Shown piece by piece: positions 38,885 through 49,337 of a stretch of 64,000 bases of DNA; position 1 is the first letter of the stretch; each line of letters begins with the position of its first letter. This DNA comes from an uncultured Actinomycetota bacterium (lineage in GTDB: Bacteria > Actinomycetota > UBA4738). The notes under the pieces were generated by a model. It worked only from the letters and a program-made list of their open reading frames with translations. It was not told the origin of the DNA and ran no database searches. The translations under genes and the position numbers were made by a program. The stretch is taken from assembly GCA_963781595.1 (NCBI GenBank), contig CAWAGG010000001.1, forward strand, positions 22,775 to 86,774. Direction: 5' to 3'.

Positions 38885-40051
38885 ATGTTCGCGTCGACCG
38901 GTTGGAGATCCAGGCGCGCCACCGGATCCCGAGGATCCGCCCACGTTCGGCTCGCCGCGGCGGCGAGCCTCCTGATGACCCTGGCGCTGAGCGCCACGGC
39001 CCCCGCGGGGACGGCGGTCGCACGACACGAGAGAGCGATCGGCGCCAAGGCGATCGCGAAGGGCCTGAACTTCCCCGCGGCGTTCACGTTCGCGCCGGAC
39101 GGCCGGATCTTCTACGGCGAACGGCTCACCGGCCAGATCAGGATCTACGACCCAAAGGATCGTTCGAACACCCTGTTCTACAAGGTCGGCCGTCTGCGCG
39201 CCGACCACGATCGCGGCCTGCTCGGGCTGGCGCTCGACCCTGGATATCCGAAGGTTCCGTACCTCTACGCGTACGTGACCAGAAGGACGTATCACGACGG
39301 CCTGCGCAACCAGATCCTGCGGATCGTGGACGTGCACGGCAGCGGCGCGAAGCCGCGGGCTATCTGGATGAGCAACACGCCATCCGGCGGGATCCACAAC
39401 GGTGGCCGGATCCTGTTCGGGCCCGACGGGAAGCTCTACGCGTTCGAGGGAGCGCCGCACGAATACATGGCGCAAGATCTCACGATGGAGGCCGGCAAGG
39501 TTCTCCGGATGAACAGCGACGGCACGATCCCTTCGGACAACCCGTTCCCAGGCACGAGGATCTGGTCCTACGGCAACCGGAATTCCTACGGTTTCGCGTT
39601 CGACCCGATGACGGGACGCCTCTGGCAGACGGAGAACGGTCCGGAATGCAACGACGAGATCAACCTGATCGTCGGCGGTTCGAACTACGGCTGGGGGCCG
39701 ACCGAGTCTTGCGACACGCCTCCCGCGCTCCCGCTGAACACGAACCAGGACGGACCGGACCCCGTCGCGCCGATCGAGTTCTTCCCGCATCCGCTCGCGG
39801 TGACGGGCATCGCGTTCTGCTCGGAGTGCCGGATCGCCCACAGCGAGGGCGACATGTTCTGGGGCGATTTCAAGAACGGGAACATCCACCGTGACATCCT
39901 GACGGCGGACCGAACCGACGTGGTTTCGACCCAGGTCGTGTACACGAACATGGGGCGGATCCTCTCGATGGAACGCGGCCCCGACGGCGCCTTGTACTTC
40001 AGCGACCTGCGGGACGGGGTCGGCGGGATCTACCGGCTCGTCAACACGTAG
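38885..40051 (+). CDS. Secreted PQQ-dependent sugar (glucose/sorbosone) dehydrogenase
   Basis: Signal peptide; GLLGLALDP, HNGGRILFGPDGKLY, GKVLR, YGNRN, NYGWG. Confidence 0.9.
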   Translation: MFASTGWRSRRATGSRGSAHVRLAAAASLLMTLALSATAPAGTAVARHERAIGAKAIAKGLNFPAAFTFAPDGRIFYGERLTGQIRIYDPKDRSNTLFYKVGRLRADHDRGLLGLALDPGYPKVPYLYAYVTRRTYHDGLRNQILRIVDVHGSGAKPRAIWMSNTPSGGIHNGGRILFGPDGKLYAFEGAPHEYMAQDLTMEAGKVLRMNSDGTIPSDNPFPGTRIWSYGNRNSYGFAFDPMTGRLWQTENGPECNDEINLIVGGSNYGWGPTESCDTPPALPLNTNQDGPDPVAPIEFFPHPLAVTGIAFCSECRIAHSEGDMFWGDFKNGNIHRDILTADRTDVVSTQVVYTNMGRILSMERGPDGALYFSDLRDGVGGIYRLVNT

Positions 40052-40076
40052 GGACCGCTGCCGCTACCTGCGGGTT

Positions 40077-40907
40077 TCAGTTCACGACGAACCACCCGAC
40101 CGGCGTGTCCGACTTCACCGCCTTGTTCAGGGTGATCGTGAACCGGTCGTTCGCGACGTCAGGGACAGCGGACAGGACGTAACGCTTGCTGGAGTTGCCC
40201 TGCAGCACCGCCAGCACGAGGCTCTTCGGAGAGAGGGCGACGCTGGTCACGAGGATGGACTTCCGGCCGGCCAGGATCGTGACGATCCCGCATCGGCTGA
40301 ACGCCCCGGGGCCCGATACCAGCAGCGCATCGCCCGAGAGCGACTCCGCGAACACCCCGGTCCCCTGGTCGGATCGACCACGAACGCCGGTCCCGACCCC
40401 GGACTCGCCCAGGACTCCGATCGCCGACGTGTCCTGCGACGCGTACCCGAAGACTCCGGTCTTCGCGGCGGGTGCGGGAGCGGTCGGCCCGCTCACCCCT
40501 TGCACGCCGGTGCTGGGCCCGTTGGCCTGACCCAGGACCCCTCTGCTCTGGTTCGACCACCCGTACGCGCCGACGCCCGCATCGGCGTAGCCAGCGGTGC
40601 CCGCGCCACCGGCCGAGGCGACACCCTGCACCGCGTCGCTCGTGCCCGTGTTCTGCACGCGGAAGGCCGCCGGCGCTCCGCCGACGCTGGCGAAGGCGAC
40701 CGTCTCCGTTGAGGCGCTGTTCGGCTTGCCCAGGTACAGAGGATCGCCGTCGGCGGCAGACGCCGCTGGGGCGTTCGCGATGCTCTCGGCCGCCACGAGC
40801 CCGAGGAGGGCAGCCGCGCCGGCGAGGAACGAGCGCCGGGATCGCTGGGGGCCCTCCAGGGAGCTCTCCGCCGTCTCGGTCGTCGGAGCCACGGTGTGCG
40901 CGTCCAT
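40077..40907 (-). CDS. Putative Tat-exported protein with GVxG repeats
   Basis: SRRSFLAG twin-arginine signal; repeated GVxG/GVxA units; RBS GAGGAG. Confidence 0.72.
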   Translation of the reverse strand: MDAHTVAPTTETAESSLEGPQRSRRSFLAGAAALLGLVAAESIANAPAASAADGDPLYLGKPNSASTETVAFASVGGAPAAFRVQNTGTSDAVQGVASAGGAGTAGYADAGVGAYGWSNQSRGVLGQANGPSTGVQGVSGPTAPAPAAKTGVFGYASQDTSAIGVLGESGVGTGVRGRSDQGTGVFAESLSGDALLVSGPGAFSRCGIVTILAGRKSILVTSVALSPKSLVLAVLQGNSSKRYVLSAVPDVANDRFTITLNKAVKSDTPVGWFVVN

Positions 40908-40989
40908 GAGCACTCCTCTCCGCCGGGCCGTCGGTGAGGGATGTCCGATCCCGGCGTTGCGAAGCACGCGCAGACGCGTTGGGGTTGCC

Positions 40990-42816
40990 TTAACGCGGAG
41001 GACACGAGGGGCCGCGTCCCCCGGCGCCCACATCCTCGCCCCGCAACTGGGCGAGCGCCTCGCCCGGCAGCGGGAACCACCGGATCCGCTCGAACTCCGC
41101 CGACCACACCGTGGCGTGGGGCGGCTCGGGTGGAGGCGCGGACTCCGCGTCACGGATGATGCGCCGCGCCTCGTCGAGGTACGGGCCGAGCGAGCGCTCG
41201 GGCTCCGTGGCCACCGGCTCCGGGAACCCGAGCGACGGCGACATGAACGAGACGTCGAGCAGGGATGTCCGCGGCCGCGTCGGACCCTCGTGGTGATGCC
41301 AGAGCCCCGAGCGCGGATCGAAGCGGTACAGAGGGAGGAGCTTCCAGCCCTCGTCCGCCAGCAGATGGACCGCCCGGATGATGTAGTCGAAGACCGTCTC
41401 GCTGGTGAAGTAGTTGAATCCGATCCGGACGAACGCGAGCTTCGCGCCGACGTGGCCACGCGAGACTTCCGCGTCCATGCGCTTCGACCAGTCGTCGTCG
41501 ATCGGGACCATCCGGTGCATGTACGGACCCGCGCAGAAGCACCCGCTGCGCGACTGGATCCCGAACAGGTCGTTCAGCAGCGCGGTCACGAAGTTCGAGT
41601 GGAGCATGCCGCGCCCGTGCCGCAGGCCGAACGAGACGATCGCCAAGCGCTCCGCCTCCGTGTTGCCGAGGAGCTGGATCCGCGGGTTCGCGCCCCAGGA
41701 CGCGAGCGCACGCCGCGCGAACCCCTCCTCGCGCCGCCGGATCTCATCGGTGCCGACCGCGTCCTTGAGCGCGAACACGAGCCCCGCGCGGATCGATCCG
41801 ACGATCGCGGGCGTTCCCCCCTCCTCGCGGATCTCCGGGTCGGGGTGGTACGACTGCCGCGTCGGGCTGACGAACAGGATCGTGCCTCCGCTGGGCACGG
41901 TCGGCACGCGGCTGCGGAACAGCGCCCGCTTCGCGACGAGGACGCCCGGCGTCTCGGGCCCCCCGACGAACTTGTGGGGCGAGATGAAGACCGCGTCCTT
42001 GTACGCGAGGCGCGCGTCGGGATCGTCGGGCCGCGGGTTCATGTCGATCGCCAGGTACGGGCCGGCCGCGGCGTAGTCCCAGCACGAAAGGGCGCCGCGG
42101 CGGTGCAACACGACGCTGACCCGGTCGGCGTCGGTCACGATCCCGGTCACGTTCGACGCCGCGGAGAAGCTCCCGATCTTCAGGGGCCGATCCGCGTACC
42201 GCTCGAGCTGCGCTTCGAGGTCGTCGACGTCGACCCCCCCGTCCGGGTGCTCGCGGATCGGGACCACGTCCGCGATCGACTCCCGCCAGGGAAGCTCGTT
42301 CGAATGGTGCTCGTAGGGTCCGACGAACACCACCGGGCGTTCGTGCGCGGGAGGCAGATCACCGCCGTCCGGCGCCTGCGAGAGGCCGAGCACGAGGCGG
42401 AGCTTGTCGATCGCGCCGGTCACGCCCGACCCGCAGAAGAGGACCACGTCCTCGGCGCTCCCGTTCACGGCGCGATGGATGATCCCCCTGGCCTCCTCCC
42501 GCAGCGCTGTGGTCTGGAGCCCGGTCGCCGACGCCTCCGTGTGCGTGTTCGCGTACATGGGCAGGACCCGTTCCCGGATGAAGTCCTCGATGAACGACAG
42601 CGCCCGCCCGGATGCCGTGAAGTCCGCGTAGACGACGCGGCGGGGCCCGAACGGCCCGTCCAGGACGGCATCCTCGCCGATCACGGACGCGCGCACGCGT
42701 TCGATCAGCGCTTCGGTCGAGGTGCGTCCAGCTTGGGGATCCCAGGGACGCGCCCGACCGAAGGGCCTGAAGGGGAGGACCTCGAGGGGCGACCGCATGC
42801 GGGCAGGGCTCGTCAC
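40990..42816 (-). CDS. Aminotransferase class V (cysteine desulfurase-like) PLP enzyme
   Basis: YADFTASGR, YANTHT, EHHSNELPW, SNVTG, SPHKF, EGGTP, RSGCFCAGPY. Confidence 0.9.
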   Translation of the reverse strand: MTSPARMRSPLEVLPFRPFGRARPWDPQAGRTSTEALIERVRASVIGEDAVLDGPFGPRRVVYADFTASGRALSFIEDFIRERVLPMYANTHTEASATGLQTTALREEARGIIHRAVNGSAEDVVLFCGSGVTGAIDKLRLVLGLSQAPDGGDLPPAHERPVVFVGPYEHHSNELPWRESIADVVPIREHPDGGVDVDDLEAQLERYADRPLKIGSFSAASNVTGIVTDADRVSVVLHRRGALSCWDYAAAGPYLAIDMNPRPDDPDARLAYKDAVFISPHKFVGGPETPGVLVAKRALFRSRVPTVPSGGTILFVSPTRQSYHPDPEIREEGGTPAIVGSIRAGLVFALKDAVGTDEIRRREEGFARRALASWGANPRIQLLGNTEAERLAIVSFGLRHGRGMLHSNFVTALLNDLFGIQSRSGCFCAGPYMHRMVPIDDDWSKRMDAEVSRGHVGAKLAFVRIGFNYFTSETVFDYIIRAVHLLADEGWKLLPLYRFDPRSGLWHHHEGPTRPRTSLLDVSFMSPSLGFPEPVATEPERSLGPYLDEARRIIRDAESAPPPEPPHATVWSAEFERIRWFPLPGEALAQLRGEDVGAGGRGPSCPPR

Positions 42817-43184
42817 GGCGCCTCACCGTTCGGCATCAGCACCAGGTACGCCTGGAGCGTGAGGATGGCCACGATCGCGGTCCACTTGCCCGCCGGCAGC
42901 GTCACGCCGTAGCGGATCCGCTCGAACACGAGCAAGCCCACCTGCAGGCAGACGATCCATCCGAAGGTCACGGTGGAGAGATCCGCGACGCGAAGGCTGA
43001 GGGCGTAGACGGCGAACAGAAGGGCGAACGTGAGTAGCCCCGCCGCGAACACCCATCGGCTGCGGCCGAGGGCCCACTCCTTCGCGAACACGGCCCCGAC
43101 GAAGTCGAGGGTCGCGAGGCCCATCATGGCCGCGAACAGCTCCACGGGGGAACCGGCCGATCGCACGGTCGCCACGCCGCTCAT
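42813..43184 (-). CDS. Small 4-TM SMR/DMT-like membrane protein
   Basis: Four hydrophobic segments, 123 aa; stop overlaps the next gene's GTG. Confidence 0.6.
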   Translation of the reverse strand: MSGVATVRSAGSPVELFAAMMGLATLDFVGAVFAKEWALGRSRWVFAAGLLTFALLFAVYALSLRVADLSTVTFGWIVCLQVGLLVFERIRYGVTLPAGKWTAIVAILTLQAYLVLMPNGEAP

Positions 43185-43299
43185 CGCACTCGCCGCCTGC
43201 CGACCAGGTGGAACTCGCGGCGGAGGTTCGCCTTCTCGATCGTCGCGGCAACCGGTATCGACTGCATCACGTCCCGAGCGTAGGAACGATCGACGGCGC

Positions 43300-43645
43300 T
43301 CACGAGCGGGTTTCCCCTACACGTCGATGGAGGCAAGCCCTGGTCTCGCGGTGGAAGCCGTGCTGGCTCGCCGTCGAGATCCGATCGACCGGCATGCCGG
43401 CCAGTGCGTTGACCTGACGGACGTCCGGCTCGGAGGACGCCCTGATCAGGGTGAACACGACCTCATCCACAGGCGATCAGCAGCGACCCGACGTGCCTGA
43501 CCGACCGCCCGGCGGCTGACATCTCCAGGGCCGCCTCATCCAGACGCGGGACGGGATCGCGGAGTGTCCCGTCGTCGACGCCCGGCCGGTAGCGCTCGAC
43601 CGGATACGTCGTCGCGTTCGAGCCGATCCGCCGTCCGGTTCCCAT
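43300..43645 (-). pseudogene. Frameshifted small DUF4242-like protein
   Basis: TYPVERYRPG...RHVGSLL then one extra nt near 43473-43475; shifted frame PVDEVVFTLIRASSEPDVRQVNALAGMPVDRI. Confidence 0.6.
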
Positions 43646-43695
43646 CGGCGACGACGCCACGGCCACGGCCGTGGACCGGAAAGAGGCGACCTCCC

Positions 43696-46464
43696 CTATG
43701 CGCGGTCGGCGCCGGTCACTGCCACGCTGCCGTCGGCGACGAGGCGCGTGAGCTCGCTGCGCGATCCGATCTCGAGCTTCCGGTAGATCCTGGTCAGGTG
43801 CGCCTCGACGGTCGCGACGCTCATGAACAGCGCCTGTGCGATCTCCTTGTTCCGCTTGCCCTGCGCGACGAGCGCCGCGACCCGACGTTCGGTGGGCGTC
43901 AACGCGCCGGTGGCCCGGCCGGGTGCCGCGCGCTCGAGATCCTCCGCCGCCCGCGCCTCCCACAGGACGGCCCCCATGTCGGCGAACCGGCGGCGCGCAT
44001 CCTCGAGCGCGTCGGCCGCCAGCGTGCGATGACCGCCCCTCAGCAACGCGCGCCCACGGGCGAGCACGGAGCGAGCCGCATCGACGCGGAACCCGAGCCG
44101 GTCGAAGGCAGCCGCCGCATCGTCGAGCGGGACCATGGCAGCGTCGGCCTCGCCCCGGGCGGCGAGCACGATCCCTCGGGCGCGGTCGTGCATCGCCTTG
44201 ACCAGCGGGTTGCCCATGGCGTCCGCCTGGCGTGTCAGCCGCTCCAGCAGGTCCTCCGCCGCAGCCGTGTCGCCCGAGATCGCGAGCGCCTCCACCGCAT
44301 CCGGCAGAGCGCCGATCACGGCCGGATTGCCGATCCCCATCTCCTCGATCTCCTGCGCGGCCGTGGCGAGCTCGCGCGCCGCGACGGTCGCGTCGCCCTC
44401 CGAGAGCGCGAGGAGCCCGAGCAGCGTGCGGGCGCGCGCCACGGCGGGCCGCTCGCCCCGCTTCGCGGCCCACGCCAGGATGCGGTCGGTCAACGAACGC
44501 GCCTCGTCCGCCCGGCCGACCCACGCCGCGACGAGCGCCTGCGGGTAGAGGATCCACGCCTCGACGTGCGCGTCCTCGGTGTCCCGCGCGGCCTGCAGCG
44601 CCTGGTGGACGAGGTCGTCGGCCAGAGCGAGGTTCCCCTCGTAGCACGCCGTGCTCGCGAGCGCGTAGAGGCTGTACGGGCGCCAGCGTTCGTTGCCGGC
44701 CTCGACGGTCCCCGCGTACGCCTCCTCGTACATCCCGCGAGACCCGGCGAGGTCGCCGGACATCCGAAGCTGGCTCGCGAGGAACATCCGCGGGCCTCCC
44801 CAGAGCCGGGGCTTCCCGATCTCCTCCTCGAGCGCGATGGCCCGGTCGAGCAGGTCCCGGCGCGACGTGCCCGCGATCGTCTCCAGCTGCGCGAGGCCGG
44901 ACGCCGCGGACATCTCGAGCTCGTGATCGCCCAACCGCTCAGCGATCTCGAGGGCCCGGCGCGAGAGCTCGATCCCGCCTGGGAAGTCACCGAGGAACTG
45001 TCCGCGCATCCACCCCAGCAGGTCCAGGACACGCCCTCGGAGCAGCTCGTCGTCGCCGGCGTCGTCCAGGGCGCGGAGCAAGAACGCCTCACCGGTCGCG
45101 AGGTCGTCATCCTCGAGCTCGGCCCGGCGGATGCATGCCTCCGCACGCGCGGCGCCGGGGGGGGATGTGGCGATGAGCCGATCGGACAGCTCGAGCGCGC
45201 GGCTCACCTCGCCAGCCGAGGCCAGGTAGCCGATCTCGGCCATCGCGCGGCGGCGGAGCGCATCGCCGTCGGCGGACGGCGTGAGCCGCACCCCGTGGCC
45301 CGCGAACTCCGCGGCGACGTCGGAAGCGCCACGGCGACTCGCGCGTTCGGCTGCCTCCTCGAGCAGGGTCGCGACGTCCGCATCCGGTGCGTCGGTCGAC
45401 AGAGCCAGGTGCCGCGCGCGCACGTCCGGAGCCTCCGAGAGCCCGGCGAGCCGCGCGTGCAACGCGCGGCGCGCCATCGGGCCCATCCGTGCGTACACCG
45501 CCGACGCCAGGAGCGGGTGCGGGAACCGGACCACGAGATCGTCCTCGACGGTCAGCAACCCCTGCCCCTGCGCCACGAGCAGCAGGCCGTCCACGTCGGA
45601 GTCCGGCATGGCGTCGCGAAGGTCGACGACGTTCGTGCGGCCGAGCCCGGAGACGACCTCGAGCAGCGGGGAGAGCTCGGACGGGGCGGCCTCGAGCCGC
45701 CCGGCGACCGCCCGCTGCAGCGAGTCGGGGAGCCGGACGCGCCCCGGTGAACCGCGGGAGAGCTCGGCCGCCGACAGGACTCGGGCCAACTCGATCGCGT
45801 ACAGCGGGTTGCCGCCGGAGATCTCGTGGATCCGTCGGAGCATCGGTCGCGAGATCGCGCTCACGGTCTGCGCGAGGACCTGCCGCAGCTCCTCCAGGCT
45901 CAGAGCCGCCAGGTCGAGCGTGTCACAGCGAGCGCCGAACAGCGTGCCCTCGACGTCGAGGGGTTCCGTGCGGTCGGCGCCCGAGCGAACCGCCGCGATC
46001 AGCCCGACCGGCCGGGCGTCGGACCTGCGGAAGGCGAACCGAAGGGCTCGCGCGGTGGCCGGGTCCAGCCACTGGAGGTCGTCGATCGCCACCACCACGG
46101 TGCGGTCTTCACTGAGGCGACGGAGCGCTTCGGACGCGGTCCGTCCCGCGGCGAATGGATCGTCGCCGGCCCGGACCGACGCGCCGTCCACGTCGGTCTC
46201 GCGGAGGATGTCGAGCAGCGCGATGAGCGGGACCGGCATCTCCTCCTCGGCCGGCCTGGCCGTGAGGACGATGTGGTCCGCCAGCCGGCACCGTTGGACA
46301 GCGAGCCGCCACAGCGTCGACTTGCCGATCCCGGGCTCACCCCGGATGAGGAGCGCGCGGGCCCCCGCGGGCACGCCTTCGACGAAGGAGTCGATCCGAG
46401 ACAACTCCCCCCCGCGTCCCACGACGACCGGAACGTCCGCGGCCGGCGGCGCGGCATGGCGCAT
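43696..46464 (-). CDS. LAL-type regulator (AAA ATPase + TPR-like + LuxR HTH)
   Basis: GEPGIGKS, IDDLQWLD, SGGNPLYA, HPLL, LTPTERRVA..NKEIA..TVEAHL. Confidence 0.93.
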   Translation of the reverse strand: MRHAAPPAADVPVVVGRGGELSRIDSFVEGVPAGARALLIRGEPGIGKSTLWRLAVQRCRLADHIVLTARPAEEEMPVPLIALLDILRETDVDGASVRAGDDPFAAGRTASEALRRLSEDRTVVVAIDDLQWLDPATARALRFAFRRSDARPVGLIAAVRSGADRTEPLDVEGTLFGARCDTLDLAALSLEELRQVLAQTVSAISRPMLRRIHEISGGNPLYAIELARVLSAAELSRGSPGRVRLPDSLQRAVAGRLEAAPSELSPLLEVVSGLGRTNVVDLRDAMPDSDVDGLLLVAQGQGLLTVEDDLVVRFPHPLLASAVYARMGPMARRALHARLAGLSEAPDVRARHLALSTDAPDADVATLLEEAAERASRRGASDVAAEFAGHGVRLTPSADGDALRRRAMAEIGYLASAGEVSRALELSDRLIATSPPGAARAEACIRRAELEDDDLATGEAFLLRALDDAGDDELLRGRVLDLLGWMRGQFLGDFPGGIELSRRALEIAERLGDHELEMSAASGLAQLETIAGTSRRDLLDRAIALEEEIGKPRLWGGPRMFLASQLRMSGDLAGSRGMYEEAYAGTVEAGNERWRPYSLYALASTACYEGNLALADDLVHQALQAARDTEDAHVEAWILYPQALVAAWVGRADEARSLTDRILAWAAKRGERPAVARARTLLGLLALSEGDATVAARELATAAQEIEEMGIGNPAVIGALPDAVEALAISGDTAAAEDLLERLTRQADAMGNPLVKAMHDRARGIVLAARGEADAAMVPLDDAAAAFDRLGFRVDAARSVLARGRALLRGGHRTLAADALEDARRRFADMGAVLWEARAAEDLERAAPGRATGALTPTERRVAALVAQGKRNKEIAQALFMSVATVEAHLTRIYRKLEIGSRSELTRLVADGSVAVTGADRA

Positions 46465-46470
46465 GCTGGA

Positions 46471-49263
46471 TTATATGGAGCCTCCGGCGACCGGCGGGGC
46501 GGCCGGTTCGGCCTCGCTTGTCGGAGCGACCGACACACGCCCGTCGGCGACGAGGCGCGTGAGCTCGCTGCGCGAACCGATCCCGAGCTTCCGGTAGATC
46601 CGCGTCAGGTGCGCCTCCACGGTGGCGATGCTCATGAACAGCGTCTGACCGATCTGCCGGTTCTTCATCCCCTGCGCGACGAGGCCGGCGACCCGGCGCT
46701 CGGCGGGCGTGAGCTCTCCGGCGGCCCGACCGGCGGCCGCGCGCTCGAGCTCGGCGGTCGCGAGGCGCTCCCACCGAGCGGCGCCCATCGCGGCGAAGCG
46801 ACCGCGGGCCTCCGCCAGCGCGTCCGCGGCGAGGTTCCGATGGCCGCCTCGCAGGAGCGCGCGACCCCGGCCGAGAAGCGCCCGAGCCGCGTCGGGCCGA
46901 TGTCCGAGCCGGTCGAAGCCATCCGTCGCGGCGGCCAGCAGGTCGGCGGCTCCATCCGCGTCGCCCCGGGCGAGCAGCACCATGCCCTCGCTGCGATCGG
47001 CCACGGCCGCCGCCAAGGGCGTTCGAACCGATGCCGCCTGCCGCCGGAGCCGCTCGAGCAGGGCCCGAGCGCCGTCGTCGTCACCGAGGCGGGCCAGCGC
47101 CTCGATCGCGTCGGGGAGCACGGGGAATACGCCGGGATGTTCGATCCCGAGCTCGTCGAGGACGTCGGCGACCTCCGTCAGCTCGCGGGCCGCGACCCCG
47201 AACTCGCCTTCGCTCAGTGCCAGCAGGCCGAGCACGGCATTCGCCCGGACGATCCCGAGCCGCTCGCCGCGCTGCTTCGCGCCCTTCGCCAGCCGGCCGG
47301 CCGTCGCCCTGGCTGCCGCGGCGCGGCCGAACCAGGCGTCGACCAGGGCCTTCGGATAGAGCAGCCACCGTTCGGCCTCCGTGTTCTCGGCGTCGAGCGC
47401 GGCCTCCGTGCCCTGGGCGACGAGTTCCTCGGCTCGCGCGAAGTCCCCGGCCGCGCAGTGGACCAGTGCGAGGTCACACAGGCGGTAGGGCCGCTGGAAC
47501 TCGGTTCCGGAGCGCACGAACTCGTCGAAAGCTCGTTCGAACAACGCTTGCGCCTCGGCCAGGTCGCCCGCCCAGAGCGACAGCCTGGCCAGGAAGATCC
47601 TGGGCCGCCTGGCGAGCGGGGGGCCTCCGATCCCCTCGGCGAGCTCGAGCGCACGAGCCATGCGCTCGGGACGAGGATCACCCGCCATCGCCTCGATCAC
47701 CGCGATGGAGGACTCCGCGAGCATCTCCAGCTCGGCGTCGCCGGTCCGCTCGGCGATGGTGGCCGCCTCGCGCGCACAGGCCATCCCGCCGCGGAGGTCG
47801 CCGCGGATGATGCCGCGCATCCACCCGAGCAGGTCGAGGAGCCGGCCCCGGAGCAGATCGTCCCGTGTCACATCGAGTGCCTGCAGGAGCACGGACTCCC
47901 CCGCGCCCAGGTCCAGGTAGACGCGCTCGACGATCGCCTGGGTCCGTGCCGGCCCGGGGGGAAGCGCCCCGATCATCTCGTCGGCGAGCGCCAGCGCGCG
48001 CTTCGGTTCGCCCGCAGCCGCCAGGTGGACGATCTCAGCCACGGCGCGCCGCTGGCCGGCCTCGGCGTCTGCGGCGGGCGTGAGCCTGATGCTGTGCCGG
48101 TCGAACTCGGCGGCGACGTCGAACGCCCCGCGGGCCCCCGCACGCGCGCTCGCGTCCTCCAGCAACCCCGCGACGGCCGCGTCCGGCTCCTCCGCGGACA
48201 GCGCGAGGTGGCGCGCTCGATCGTCCGGCTCGCTCGCCCGATCGGCGAGCCGAGCGTGTAACGATCGCCTCGCGAGCGTGCTCATGCGCGCGTGGACCGC
48301 CGACGCCAGGAGGGGGTGCGAGAAACGCACCTCGAGATCGGGCTCCACCACGAGCAGGCTTTGCTGCTCCGCCGCGTCCAGCAGCGCGTCGAACTGCGTG
48401 GCGTCGACGGCTCCGCGCAGCGCCGTCACGCTCGTCGGTCCCATCGCGGAGACGGTCTGGAGGACCGGGATCAGCTCGGGGGGCACGGTGTCAAGCCGGT
48501 CCGCGATCGCTCCATGGATGCTGTCCGGCAGCGAGGGATCCTCCGTCGATCGCGGGGAGCCGCTCGCCCGCACACCGCGGGCGATCTGGATCGCGTAGAA
48601 GGGGTTGCCCCCCGAGATCTCGTGGATCCGCCGCAGCATGGGGCGCGAGATCGACGAAACGACGCCGGCGAGGACCTTCCGAAGGTCCTCCACGCCGAGC
48701 GGCTCGAGCTCGATCGTCTCGACCCGGTCCGCCGCGAGCGTCCGGGCGGAGTCGAGCGGGTCACGCGCCTGCCGGTCCGGCCTGGCCGCGGCCAGCACGG
48801 CGACCGGCTCTCGATCCAGCCGCCGAAGCGCGAACCGGAGCGCCCGTGCGGAAACCGAATCGAGCCATTGCAGGTCGTCGATCGCGATCACGACCGGACC
48901 GCTCTCCGCGAGGACCCGGAGCGCATCGAGCGTCGCGCGCCCGGGGAGGTAGGGATCACCCTCCCGCAACGACGACGGGTCGACCTCGAGGACGACGCCC
49001 TCGAAGAGGTCGGAGAGGCCGAGGAACGCCACCGGCATCTCCTCTTCCGCCGGCCGGGTCACGAGCGCACGGTAGCTTTCGGCCCGGCACCGATCGACCG
49101 CGTGGCGCCACAGGGTGGTCTTGCCGATCCCGGGTTCGCCGCGCAGCACGAGCGCGCGCGCTCCTTCTGGGACGGCGGCGACGAACGCCTCGATGCGGGA
49201 CCGCTCGGCCTCCCGCCCAACGAGGAGTTGGTCGCCGGCGACCGGAGGCGATATGCCACCCAT
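46471..49263 (-). CDS. LAL-type regulator, tandem paralogue
   Basis: GEPGIGKT, IDDLQWLD, SGGNPFYA, LTPAERRVA..TVEAHL. Confidence 0.93.
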   Translation of the reverse strand: MGGISPPVAGDQLLVGREAERSRIEAFVAAVPEGARALVLRGEPGIGKTTLWRHAVDRCRAESYRALVTRPAEEEMPVAFLGLSDLFEGVVLEVDPSSLREGDPYLPGRATLDALRVLAESGPVVIAIDDLQWLDSVSARALRFALRRLDREPVAVLAAARPDRQARDPLDSARTLAADRVETIELEPLGVEDLRKVLAGVVSSISRPMLRRIHEISGGNPFYAIQIARGVRASGSPRSTEDPSLPDSIHGAIADRLDTVPPELIPVLQTVSAMGPTSVTALRGAVDATQFDALLDAAEQQSLLVVEPDLEVRFSHPLLASAVHARMSTLARRSLHARLADRASEPDDRARHLALSAEEPDAAVAGLLEDASARAGARGAFDVAAEFDRHSIRLTPAADAEAGQRRAVAEIVHLAAAGEPKRALALADEMIGALPPGPARTQAIVERVYLDLGAGESVLLQALDVTRDDLLRGRLLDLLGWMRGIIRGDLRGGMACAREAATIAERTGDAELEMLAESSIAVIEAMAGDPRPERMARALELAEGIGGPPLARRPRIFLARLSLWAGDLAEAQALFERAFDEFVRSGTEFQRPYRLCDLALVHCAAGDFARAEELVAQGTEAALDAENTEAERWLLYPKALVDAWFGRAAAARATAGRLAKGAKQRGERLGIVRANAVLGLLALSEGEFGVAARELTEVADVLDELGIEHPGVFPVLPDAIEALARLGDDDGARALLERLRRQAASVRTPLAAAVADRSEGMVLLARGDADGAADLLAAATDGFDRLGHRPDAARALLGRGRALLRGGHRNLAADALAEARGRFAAMGAARWERLATAELERAAAGRAAGELTPAERRVAGLVAQGMKNRQIGQTLFMSIATVEAHLTRIYRKLGIGSRSELTRLVADGRVSVAPTSEAEPAAPPVAGGSI

Positions 49264-49337
49264 GTCCGATTATAGGAAGGGGCCCCGAGCGCGATGACGC
49301 GTCCCCGGGCGCCAGGGGCTAAAGTACGGACCCGACC

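Noticed and set aside
43696-49263. STAND ATPases as Avs-type antiphage system
   Set aside because: C-terminal LuxR HTH and no nuclease/TIR/SIR2 effector; fits LAL transcription regulators.
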